NCBI GenBank assembly: GCA_965644315.1
Contig: CBFFRQ010000135.1
Coordinates: forward strand, 1-23,565
DNA from: Caecitellus pseudoparvulus
Lineage: Eukaryota; Protista; Bigyra: Bicosoecida
DNA length: 23,565 nt
Direction: 5' to 3'
Both the position numbers and the translations under genes were made by a program. This document shows positions 8,200 through 18,500 of this stretch, one piece after another. Below the pieces are notes generated by a model that did not search any database, had not been told where the DNA came from, and was given only the letters and a program-made list of their open reading frames with translations. Numbering within the stretch: the stretch's first letter is position 1; every line of letters starts with the position of its first letter.

Positions 8200-11135
8200 A
8201 GTTCGGACTGGGCCGGCTGCTCCCATCGGCCCCGACCCACATGTCGACTGAAGCCGCCTGGACCCCGAGCGTGGACCATATCCTGAAGAAGATCCAGTCC
8301 CTGAGCCTCCACCGCAACCCTGGCACAGGGCACTACCAGGCTGAGCATGTCAAGTATGCCAGCGAGGACTTCCGGAAGAGGTACGCTGCCGCTCTTCAAC
8401 AGGCCATCAGCACCGGTTCATGTCCAAGTCAGTACCACAGTGGGGTGGGGACACTCATCCCCAAGACCGCCAGCCAGGCCGGGAGGGTGCAGACATACAG
8501 GCTCATTGTCTGCCGTCCCCCCCAAGCCAAGCTCTTCTTCTCGGTCGTGGCCTCATGTGTCGAAGACTGGGTGCAGCACTGGATCTCACATGAGCAGGCA
8601 GGCTTCACCCATGCCCGCAACACCCACGAGCAGATCCTGGCCTTGCAGGAGGTGTCCACTGCCCACCTGCGCGCCAAGCCCACTGCCAGTGTCCTTGTCC
8701 TTTTCGTGGACTTCAAGAGTGCCTTTGACACTGTCAGCCACGAAGCGATACTCGAGATCCTCGAGTCAGCAAGCCTCCCACAGCCCCTGCTCAGCTGCGT
8801 GAAGGACTACATGCAGCGCGCCACAGTGGCCATTCACACTGGCCATGGTCTTTGCGACCCCCTCCCAGTCACCAACGGGGTCCCCCAGGGTGGCGCACTG
8901 TCGCCTCTGTTGTTCAAGGTGGCTATTGATGTGCTCTCTCAACGCCTGAGAGAGCTGCCAAGTCAGGGAGTGTCAGGGGCAGGAGTGCCGACACCCCGCG
9001 GCCACGTCACGCATACGCTCTATGCGGACGATCTTGCTTGCCTCGCCACCACCCCTGCTGCCCTCCATCGGATGTTCCTTGAAGTCAAGGCCCTGGGCAG
9101 CCGGGTGGGCTTGGCCATCAACCCGCGCAAGTCCGGGGTCATGGTCCTCACCGGGGCGCAACAGGTCAATGGGGTGTCAGCCACGGAGCGGCGGAAGCTC
9201 ATCTGGCGGTCCCGCTGGCTGAGGTCAGGGCAGTCCATGAAGGTCAAGGGGACACCCATCCAACGCACGAGCACCTACTCGTACTTGGGTGTCCCCCTGT
9301 CTGAAACTGTCAGCCGAACCCGACTGCTTGCCACGAGGCAGGCCACTCTGTCCTGCACTCGGGCTGGGTTCGGCTGCGGTGCCCTCCTCAGTAGTGCGTG
9401 GCTGAGTCCGATCCTGAAGCAGCGGATCGGCACTGCCTCCATCAACAGTGCCGCCGACTACATCTTGGCGTCCCAGGTCAGCAACTCGGTGCTACCTTTG
9501 CGGGACGTCGATCGTGGACTTGCCATCGCCTTCAGCAAGGCCCAGCTGGGGATGCAAAGCTCGCTAGCACGTATGCACAACTATGCAAAGCTTGCTGTGT
9601 GCGGCGTCTTGCCAACACACATCCGGGCGACGAAACTCCGCAGCATTATCTTCATGAAGCTGCTGAAGAATGTCCAAGTGCCCACCCCCATGGCCAAGGC
9701 GCTGTCCATCAGCCTGCGCCAAGCCCTGGACCTGCTGCCCTCCCCCCTGGACATGGCCAGCATCTTCCTGGCCAATGTCCGCCTCGACAGGCCAGGCGCT
9801 GGAGGCATCCCAGATCCATGGGCCTTACACGGTCTACTCGACCTCTGGCTCCTTGGATGCCTCCCTGACCGCGCACGCCTGGAGGCTGTGTGCCTGGAGC
9901 CGCCGCCTGACTCTGCCCCAGACACACACGGGGTCGACATCACCGCTGGGATGGACCCCGCCCCCCCCAAGATCCAGCTGCTTGGACTCGCGGCAGCGGA
10001 GTCCTCAGATCTGTCGGCTGCCCCCCAGTTCCCGGACACCACCCCCTGGGCCACTCGGCAACGCGTCGTCGCCTCCTTCCTTCATGTGGCCCAGACGGTC
10101 AAGTGCGGTGCAGTTGGCTACACTCCCACGGGGGAGATGAAGGCCACCAGGCGTCCGAAGGAGTACCACATCGGTGTGGGTGCTCGCTTCTTCGCCTGGC
10201 TGCACCCGATCCCTTCCTCTGTGAACCCAGTCTTCTGGGTCCACGAAGGCGATCAGGAGAGACGTGTGAAGGTGCACCTGTGGCAGACGCTTCAAGTGTT
10301 CAACGGGGATGACACCCCGACACTGTTCAGCGCCTGCCCCCTGTGCCACAGCGTCTCCTGGTGCAGCCTGCAGGAGCACGTCCTTCTTGACTGCCCCCAC
10401 CACGCCCTGGTCCCTGCGAGAAGGTCCGCCCTGTCAGAGGTGCGGAACCTCCTGTCCAGATCCAATGATGCAGTGAGGGGGTCGCCAACTGCCAGTACCT
10501 CGAAGTACCCCCCACTGCTGGATGCTGTTGTCCACGCCGACGAAGGCCGCTTGTTGGGCCGCCCGTGTCGCCTGCTGCTGCTGCGACTGCTGCTGTGCGG
10601 CCAGTGGCCCCATCGGTGGGGCCAGCCTCCGGCACAACAGCCCTGGAGTCCCGAGGCAGCCGCGGTCCTGAGTAACCCCCATGTCACTCTCCGCGGCTCC
10701 TCGGGTCCACTCCGCCCCCCCAAGTACTGGCGCGAGGCCCTGGTAGCTGCCACGGGCCTCGCGGTATCTGCGTGGGACGCGGTGGTGACGTGCATGCTCA
10801 GCCTTACCTCTCGTGCCGACCGTCACATCCAGAGGCACGCCCGGTACCTCTGGTGGGCGGCGCATGGACGAACGTGTCCTCTCCCAGGTTACTCGGCTCC
10901 TGATCCGAGTACTGTGAGGAAGCATGTGCGGGACGTGAAGACGCGGCGCTTCGAGCGCACTTACTTCCCTGTCAAGTCCCCTCGTCGGCCGCCTCGCTCC
11001 TTCACGAGGCAGGCCACCTTGCTCGACTTCGGGCTGGCACGGCCGGAAGTCCACGAGGAACCTCCGGCACCGTCGATTTCATCCTCGGCGTCGTCCTCTG
11101 GGTCGTCCTTGAAGTGTCCATCTGACTCTGAGTAG
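8190..11135 (+). CDS. Element B 3' ORF: non-LTR reverse transcriptase with C-terminal CCHC zinc finger (first ATG 8241; may be translated as a fusion with the upstream ORF)
   Basis: RT motifs LIPK, YRLI, EQAGF, FVDFKSAFDTVSH, GVPQGGALSPLLF, LYADD (TAT at 9021), GLAINPRKS and YSYLGV. CPLC...HVLLDCP at ~10335-10397. Confidence 0.95.
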   Translation: MSLKFGLGRLLPSAPTHMSTEAAWTPSVDHILKKIQSLSLHRNPGTGHYQAEHVKYASEDFRKRYAAALQQAISTGSCPSQYHSGVGTLIPKTASQAGRVQTYRLIVCRPPQAKLFFSVVASCVEDWVQHWISHEQAGFTHARNTHEQILALQEVSTAHLRAKPTASVLVLFVDFKSAFDTVSHEAILEILESASLPQPLLSCVKDYMQRATVAIHTGHGLCDPLPVTNGVPQGGALSPLLFKVAIDVLSQRLRELPSQGVSGAGVPTPRGHVTHTLYADDLACLATTPAALHRMFLEVKALGSRVGLAINPRKSGVMVLTGAQQVNGVSATERRKLIWRSRWLRSGQSMKVKGTPIQRTSTYSYLGVPLSETVSRTRLLATRQATLSCTRAGFGCGALLSSAWLSPILKQRIGTASINSAADYILASQVSNSVLPLRDVDRGLAIAFSKAQLGMQSSLARMHNYAKLAVCGVLPTHIRATKLRSIIFMKLLKNVQVPTPMAKALSISLRQALDLLPSPLDMASIFLANVRLDRPGAGGIPDPWALHGLLDLWLLGCLPDRARLEAVCLEPPPDSAPDTHGVDITAGMDPAPPKIQLLGLAAAESSDLSAAPQFPDTTPWATRQRVVASFLHVAQTVKCGAVGYTPTGEMKATRRPKEYHIGVGARFFAWLHPIPSSVNPVFWVHEGDQERRVKVHLWQTLQVFNGDDTPTLFSACPLCHSVSWCSLQEHVLLDCPHHALVPARRSALSEVRNLLSRSNDAVRGSPTASTSKYPPLLDAVVHADEGRLLGRPCRLLLLRLLLCGQWPHRWGQPPAQQPWSPEAAAVLSNPHVTLRGSSGPLRPPKYWREALVAATGLAVSAWDAVVTCMLSLTSRADRHIQRHARYLWWAAHGRTCPLPGYSAPDPSTVRKHVRDVKTRRFERTYFPVKSPRRPPRSFTRQATLLDFGLARPEVHEEPPAPSISSSASSSGSSLKCPSDSE

Positions 11136-11491
11136 CGGGCGATGTGTGTAGAGCGCGGCGCGAGGCGGTGCAAGCTTACGGCGTGGCGTGGTGACAACCA
11201 CGGTCGTGGCTGAGCGAAGTGCGAGAGCAGGGTGATGTGATGTCCTTGATGAATGACGGAACCTGCGGAAAGTTGGAAGATGATGAAGTGAATATGTCCA
11301 GTATACTTACATGATGGCTCGGGGTCCACGTGCAGCCCGAGATAGATTCCTGTGACGGGGCGCGCGGAATTTGGCAGGGTGAACACGCGGGCGCGCGGGG
11401 CAACGTCGCAGGCGGGGCGCACAGGTCCTCAGGGCCTTGAGTGATGAGTCAGCTGGATTATCTGTGAAGAAAAGGAGGTGTTCTTGGTGTT

Positions 11492-12451
11492 CTTGGTGCG
11501 CGGGTGGCGTTGTTCCGGCGGTGCGCGCTGCTACCACCGGCGTGGTGCAGTGCAACACCGTCGTGAAACGCCACCCGAAGGCGGCCACTGCGGCTCAGGA
11601 CAGCGCGCAGTGGCCCCAGGCACACGTGCAGTGCCTGGCAAGGGCCAGGAGAAGCGGGGGGTTTCTGAATTATGAAGCGAAGTGTGGACTGGAACGAAGC
11701 AAGAGTGGGCCCGGCCCCCTCTGGCTCAGCCGACTGAGCCGAGAGGGCGCGGGCGGGGCAGTTCGACACGTATGGGCGGGCGCGGGCGCGCCCTAGCAAG
11801 CGGCGGCTCATACAACGGACGTATGTCCGTGATGGCTGCAGACCCACGAGAGTGGGAGCCGCTGTAGCGCTCCTGGTGTGCCTTGTGCACAGCAGCGAAC
11901 GCTACATGTGATGCCCAAGCTGTATCGCGTGCAAGCGTGAAGGCGACATGCAATGCATTGAATGAACTAACCTTGGTGCGCGGGTGGCGTTGTTCCGGCG
12001 GTGCGCGCTGCTACCACCGGCGTGGTGCAGTGCAACACCGTCGTGAAACGCCACCCGAAGGCGGCCACTGCGGCTCAGTTCAGCGCGCAGTGGCCCCAGG
12101 CACACGTGCAGTGCCTGGCAAGGGCCAGGAGAAGCGGGGGGTTTCTGAGTTATGAAGCGAAGTGTGGACTGGGACGAAGCAGGAGTGGACCCGGCCCCCT
12201 CTGGCTCAGCCGACTGAGCCGAGAGGGCGCGGGCGGGGCAGTTCGACACGTATGGGCGGGCGCGGGCGCGCCCTAGCAAGCGGCGGCTCATACAACGGAC
12301 GTATGTCCGTGATGGCTGCAGACCCACGAGAGTGGGAGCCGCTGTAGCGCTCCTGGTGTGCCTTGTGCACAGCAGCGAGCGCTACATGTGATGCCCAAGC
12401 TGTATCGCGTGCAAGCGTGAAGGCGACATGCAATGCATTAAATGAGCTAAC
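11492..12451 (+). repeat. Two tandem 480 bp copies of the element B 3' end
   Basis: 11492-11971 versus 11972-12451. I count 9 substitutions and no indels. Each copy ends in CTAAC. Confidence 0.95.
11972..12446 (+). mobile_element. Element C: 5'-truncated 3' fragment of a B-type element
   Basis: Near-identical to the last 475 bp of B. Preceded by CTAAC(C) and followed by a telomeric tract in the same register as A and B. Confidence 0.72.
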
Positions 12452-12574
12452 CCTAACCCTAACCCTAACCCTAACCCTAACCCTAACCCTAACCCTAACC
12501 CTAACCCTAACCCTAACCCTAACCCTAACCCTAACCCTAACCCTAACCCTAACCCTAACCCTAACCTAACCTAG
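12447..12574. repeat. Interstitial telomeric tract, about 20 CCCTAA units, degenerating to CCTAA, CCTAG at the gene junction
   Basis: Perfect repeats 12447-12564, then CCTAA (12565-12569) and CCTAG (12570-12574). Confidence 0.97.
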
Positions 12575-15500
12575 CCAAGTCTGCGCCAGAGACGGAGTTG
12601 ATGAGCGAGCCGAACACGGCAAAGAATAGCAGTGCGTTCATGAGAATGGACACTTGGTCGTAGCAGAGGGCCATGCGGAGGGTCCACGAGCACAACAGGC
12701 GGAAGCCTGTGCCCAGCAACCCACATACCGAGCGCTGCCATCGCCCACATCTCCCCAGACAAGTCAAAGCCTCCGCTGGTCGATCTGCTTGGAGAGCTCT
12801 AGACAATGACGGAAGGCTGTCCACGCCTTCCCTTGCCAGCAGGAATGGGACTTCTTGCTTGGTGTGCTTATATCGCCACCCACACGACCTGCACGTGGCC
12901 CAGTGGTGTCTGTGCGCCAGAACGACATCAACTTTAACTCTTCGGTCAACTGCACAGTATCTGATGATGCGTGTTGGACAAGAAGTGTCGCAATTTTCCA
13001 TCACCTTTTGTACCTCTCGCCTGAAATGTCTATGAGAAGCCTTGGCTTCCATTGCCCTGAAGGTGCTTCGCTGCTGCAGCAGCTTCCTGCTGCTCTTGGA
13101 GCTCTTGCTACCAACTCTGTCTCGTCCAATTTTCATGGACTTCACACGTTCCATGCGTCTTGAGCTGCTTGACGGAGCAACTGAAACAAGTTCTTGTGTG
13201 CTGAGGCCCAATGCACGTGAACTCCTTGGCCCAAAAAGGCCCATTGCCATGTTCGGAGGCTGTACGGCAGCGAGAGAGGGGCTTGCCATTGTTGCGCTGC
13301 TCCTAGATCTAGCACTCTCTGGTGACCCTGATACCATTTCATCCAGATCGCCTGATGCAGAAGGCTCGGGCACAAGTGTCTTGGAGTGCGTGCCTGCCTT
13401 CTCTGAGTTGAAGGCCGTCGATGCCTTTCCACCACCACCAGGAACACCTGCTTGCACAAGAGATGGTTCGCTGCAACTCGAGAGTGAACTGTCCGACTCC
13501 ACAGAGAACCTCGCACTTGCAAAGAAGCCACCTACATCAGACTCGATGCTGCTGCTTGACTCGCAGCTGCTCTCCGGTGCAAGATGCTTCAGTGAGCTCA
13601 TGACGCTCCTACTTGACAGTCCTGCCCTTGTCAATCTTGCTGCTTTGAATGTGCGGCGCGATTCAGATGTATATCGCTCGGTGCTGCCCTTCTGCCGCAG
13701 AGTTGAGCGCATGCGCGGCCCTTCAGCACCGCCGTGGAAAGCTAGGACTGGAGCCGTCGATCCCCAACCACGCATGGTGGATGCTTGACCTACGGCAGGC
13801 TGTCCCCAGGACTGTGTTTGAGTTGCGTTTGAGCATTTGGTGTGCACCATACAGGAAGCTCGACGGACACGCCTTCTTGCTCGTCGCCTGGACGGGGGCC
13901 CCAGCATCTCAGGCCCATGTGCTGACTTCGACTGGGTTAACTGCGGTTTTGCCCTCGCAAAAGCATGCAGAGGGTTAGATGTGGCTGGTTTTCCATCTGT
14001 GATGCGTTCTTCGGTTCTGACGATTGATGAAAGTGCCATAGCAGGGCCCTTTTCCTGAACTGAGGCGGCCTCGCCACCCCCCCGCACATCGCCCTCTTGC
14101 CCTGCATCCCCCAACGCAGGTTGAGACGAACGCAGTGAGCCCGCCGTGATTGGTGCGGCGCCTTGGCCATCAGTAGTGCTCAACGTCTCCGTCAGCGACT
14201 CAGACATCAAAGGATGACCTTCCATGCAGGATTGCTGCCCAGATTTCGATTGGAGATCCTGGGTGCAGTGCGCTGAGACGGAGTGCCTTGCACCATCACC
14301 GACACTCAAGCCTTGAGCACTTGTGCCACACTCCCCTCTGTGTCTGGCAAGGGGGTTGACTCGGAACAGGGGATTCACATCGGAGGGTGGTTGCGTAGAG
14401 TCTGCAACCTCGGCTGCTTTATCGCTCCCTCCAAGCCCCAAGGCTCTTCCAACAAAGGAAAACGCAAAGGCTGGCTGCTTAGATGACCCTCCCACTGCTT
14501 TGGTTTGAGAAGTTTCACCAAGCACCGCCGCCTCTTGCCCCGTGTTCTTGCGTCGGTGCAGCACGGAAGTGCTGCAAGCCTCAGCCTGGTGCGTCACAGG
14601 CAGGGAAGCAGCGCGTTTTGAATCAGAGCCTGGAGCATGCTGCTCACGAGACAACACAGCAGTTTTCGCTCCACTTTGCCTTGTGTGGCTCGCTTCACTT
14701 TGGGAACTGCGGTCCGCCATTGGGCCAGCCCGTCGCCCTCGGGATGCCAGACTGCTTGGGAAGGCTTTCGGCTTGGTAATGCTCATTCGCCGGAGAAACG
14801 AATTGGAGGATTCAACTCGATGTTGAGCACCAGGTGTGTGAAAGGGATTTGGAAGGTGTGCTTGAGGTGGCAGTTCACGGGGCAAGTCACTCGGCTGGGG
14901 TTGAACTTTGGGTTGGGTTCGGGCGCTGCGAGGTAGTACTGCCGAAGGTTGCTTCACCTCGCGTGAAATGGTCTTGTCTTGAGAGTCTTCAACGGCTGTC
15001 TCCTGCTTGTTGGGGACTTCTGCTGTTTGATGCCTCAACGTTCGCCATCGGATTGCGCTCCTACTTCGAGGGCGATGTGACACCCCCGTCTCTCCTTCTG
15101 ACGAGCTGCAATCGTCAAACACTCCTTGGGCCTCCCCAGCAAGCGGGTACTTGTGGTTATCACGAAGTTTTCGCACGTCCTCTTCTATTCGCTCTGCGAG
15201 TTTCCTCTTTGCCTCTGCCCCGAAGCGGCCGGACTTCACAGCTCGAACCCAGTTCAGTGACACTTTAACCTCGCTATGGGGCCGCATCAAGGCCAGCAGG
15301 AATGCATAGAAGGACACAGCAAGACAAAGTAGCAGCGCCGAAAAGGTTGGTTGGTCCCTGAACACAGTCGCCAGCGCTGCGACCGCCATGCGCTGTGCAA
15401 ATTCTAGAATAGCCCAGAAATACATGGAACGTGTGTATGGCTTGTACAGCTTGCCGATCAGGGCGTGAATGAACGCAGCACGCTGGTGATCCTTGATGAG

Positions 15501-18500
15501 GGACTGAATGGCTGCAAGTGAGTTTCCCTGGCTGTTGCCTTTCTTGTCAGTCTTGCCCAGCTGCTTGTCAGTCGGTTCTTCAATGGTGTGTGGCTTTCCG
15601 CTGCTGATCTTGTCAATGTTAAGTTTCACTGCTTTCCGGTTCCAGACTAGGGCGCCGAAAAACACGAACGGAACGCCCATTCCAAACAAAAAGAGTGATG
15701 AGTATGCAAGCGCTGTGAGCCGCTCGTACTCCTCCCCAAAGCAGTCTACGCTCACGTCTGCACTCAGCACACGCTTGCCGCCAAGTGGAATGCAAGAAAA
15801 CACTTCAAAAGCAGATGAAACAATTCCGACGTACATATATGAGACTATGGTAACAGAGTAGTCCACAAACCTTTGAAAGGTTTTGGTGCCCGTGGTCGTT
15901 GAGCCACACATTCGCGAACAGTGCAGCCAATGCAGCCACGTTCCCAAAGCAGCAAGCCCAATCAAAAAAAGCGGGGTCAGCTGGTACATCTTCCAGGAAT
16001 CAGAGAAGGTCGCTCGGTAGCCTGACTGCAAGAGGGCACAATGCAAGTTGACGCTGGAAATGTCCAGCTGGAGCGTGCTGCCTAACCACCCAGCAGCAAG
16101 TGCAGCGGACCCCCACGGCATGCTCAGCTTGACTGCTTGACTTAGCAGCTGAAGGGAATACACTGCCATGCCAACCCCAAAGAGGGAGGGGGCGCGAAGA
16201 AAGAAAAAAAAAGCAACAATGACTGCAGGAATAATCACAAGGAACAAAGCAGCAATGACCAAGGGGTGCCATACTGAAGCGTCACAACGCGAACAAGCTC
16301 TCGTTGCCAGTGACTGCCGCCTGCTATTCTCGTCACAAAGCTGACAGGCAACACCAGTGTAGCCTTCAGCGCACGTGTTGTTGCCGAGACATGCTTCTGC
16401 TGGCACACAAGGCGTCAGCAGGAATCGGGAGGCAGAGGTAAAGTTTGCACTGGAGGCGTTGAACCTCGGGCTCGCCAGGCGCCGGGAAAAGGCAGACGAC
16501 AGCTCACCCACGATTGAGCTGGCCGAATCTTCAGCGCCAGCGAGGAAGGATTCCAGTGGGGTGCTGTCCAAGTGAGCCCAGTTGTCTGAAAGGGCGGTGG
16601 TGAGGTCATGCTGCCAGAACCCTGGCCGCGACACGGGCGGCGACGTGCCTCCGCCACACTCTGTCGGAGCTTCCGCCCCTGCTGGGCAGTCATCTGTGGC
16701 GCACCTTGGGCAGGGCAGGCAAACGTCAGTGTCTTCGAGCATGGCAAAGTAGCCAGTGTCACAGATGGCGCGAATGCCGGACTGCTGCGCTGTCAAGGTT
16801 GTCGTTTGGCCTGCGACAGCGACCTGGACGCCCTTGCGGCCGATTACCATGCCGTCGAGCTGGCACTGCAGCTCAGAGTCGCTGCTCCAGACGGTGCGGG
16901 CACCGACCCTGGGCTGGCAGAGTACTCCTCCGATGGAAACTGTTTCGTCTTTAGGGGAAGGCTCAAACAGGCCAAAGTTCCAGCCGTGCAGCACCACAAC
17001 TCCACCACGGGCGTCCACAAAGAGGTCCTCCACTCGCTGTGACGACCCCAGCACAACTTGATTCAGCTGGGTGCCGAGTACTTCAATTCCTGGGCTGTTC
17101 GAACGCACGAACTGCACCGTCGGGCCTTCCAACGTTGTGAAGTTGCTGTCTTGATCGTTGTGTTGCTGCTGCCCCAAGGCGTGTAGCCGAGATGGCTGGC
17201 CGCCAGAGGCGACGAACTGCAGCAGAGCGATCACAGGCGGGTCATACGAAAAAACGACACTGTTGGACTTGTCCCCGAGAATCGATACGTGCAGGGTCAG
17301 GTTGGCGCCGGATCCAGGTGGCGTGCGCACCAGCAGCTCGTCGTGTGTGTGGCGCACAATGTCCTCCAAGGCGATGAGCGCGTTTCCCAGGTACACCTGG
17401 GGAGAAACTAGTGAGGGGATTCCGAATGACGATCCAACAACGCGTACAAGGTCTCCCCCCACTGTCCGAGAGTGTGTAGGCCATGCCACTTCATAAGGCC
17501 GGCGTGCCCCAGCGTACTCGAGCTGGAAAATGGAGGGCGCTGCATACTCGTACGTTCTGCTCGCAATGACGCTGGAGAATTGGCCGAAACCCTCGGCTTG
17601 ATCCATTGTGAGGCGATCGTGCACGTAGACTGTAACAGCAACGTCTTTCAGGCCATGTGGAGGCAGGCACTCGATCAGCGTGTCGTTCCATGACAAAATT
17701 GCACACTGCTGCCCCCCTACAAGAACGGCATTCTCGTAGGATTCGCTTGGGCTGATACACAAGGTGGCATTCAGAGGGCAAGCTCGGACTGCTGCCACAC
17801 CACGGAACTCGCGGCTGGTGGACCACGCGGACTTGCCACGCAGCAGTCCCGGGCCCAAGTTGTCTCCGTGGATCCGCACCCTGTGACTCGCATTCGTGAC
17901 GACACTGCGATCGTAGTCCCAAGCACCTGAGCTTGTCGACTGGAAGCCCTCCACGTCGGTAATTGTGGGCTGCATGTATGTAAGGAGGGAAGCAGGGTAC
18001 ACAAGATCAGGAGCGCCTGGCAGGTACGGCCGGAGCTCAAAGCGGCCCTGGCCTGGAAGTGTCGCAAACGTAATGCTCGTGTCGGTCCAGTTCACTATCT
18101 GCCCATCTGGCATGTCGTTCCAGATGAGACCTCCTGATGCATCCCTCTCGCCTGTGCGCACTTGCAGTCGGCCTTGGACGATGCCAAACAAGCGCCCCTG
18201 CAAAGTGACAAGGCTGCCGCCCTGGGTCGAAATGCTATCCTTGCCGAGCACTTGCGAGACTTCAGGAACACGAAGGAGCTCTTGGTAGTGGAATGGTGCA
18301 CTTGCCAGTTGGTTCGCCACAGACACCCACAGCGTGCTCGGGATGGAGATGGACTCCTCAGTGTACCCACGCAAGGTGCACTCGATGCGGGTGTCTCCAA
18401 ACGACACAGCGGGATCCACACAAGGACTTACGGGCCCGCTCCCTGCGTCGGCCTGCAGCCAGACAATTGTCGCATTTTCGCCAGACACTTCGCAGCGGCA

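Larger units (their letters stand above)
4218..11966 (+). mobile_element. Element B: apparently full-length telomere-associated non-LTR (LINE-type) retrotransposon, protease-APE / RT-CCHC
   Basis: Starts immediately after CCCTAA. Encodes APE, RT and CCHC motifs, has a ~830 bp 3' UTR and ends ...TGCAATGCATTGAATGAA|CTAACC. No LTRs and no poly(A). Confidence 0.92.

Noticed and set aside
10820-10945. RH...PD-x10-DVK after the CCHC finger, suggesting a second, restriction-like endonuclease as in Dualen
   Set aside because: The segment between PD and DVK lacks the hydrophobic strands, it lies far from the CCHC, and there is no downstream KxxKY-type motif. Likely chance, though an HHpred search would settle it.
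8190-11135. RT as telomerase (TERT) or a Penelope-like RT because of the telomeric location
   Set aside because: The motifs (DFKSAFD, GVPQGGALSP, YADD, YLG), the upstream APE and the C-terminal CCHC are of non-LTR type. No TERT T/CP motifs or GIY-YIG are seen.
11441-11472. GTGATGAG...GAAA as a hammerhead ribozyme core
   Set aside because: The core should be CUGAUGA, and the required flanking stems are not evident.
11492-12451. 480 bp direct repeats as LTRs or a CRISPR-like array
   Set aside because: The repeats are adjacent, do not flank an internal region, have no spacers, and match the 3' end of a non-LTR element.
12363-12569. ORF ending in (LT)n
   Set aside because: It is simply the translation of the CCCTAA tract.
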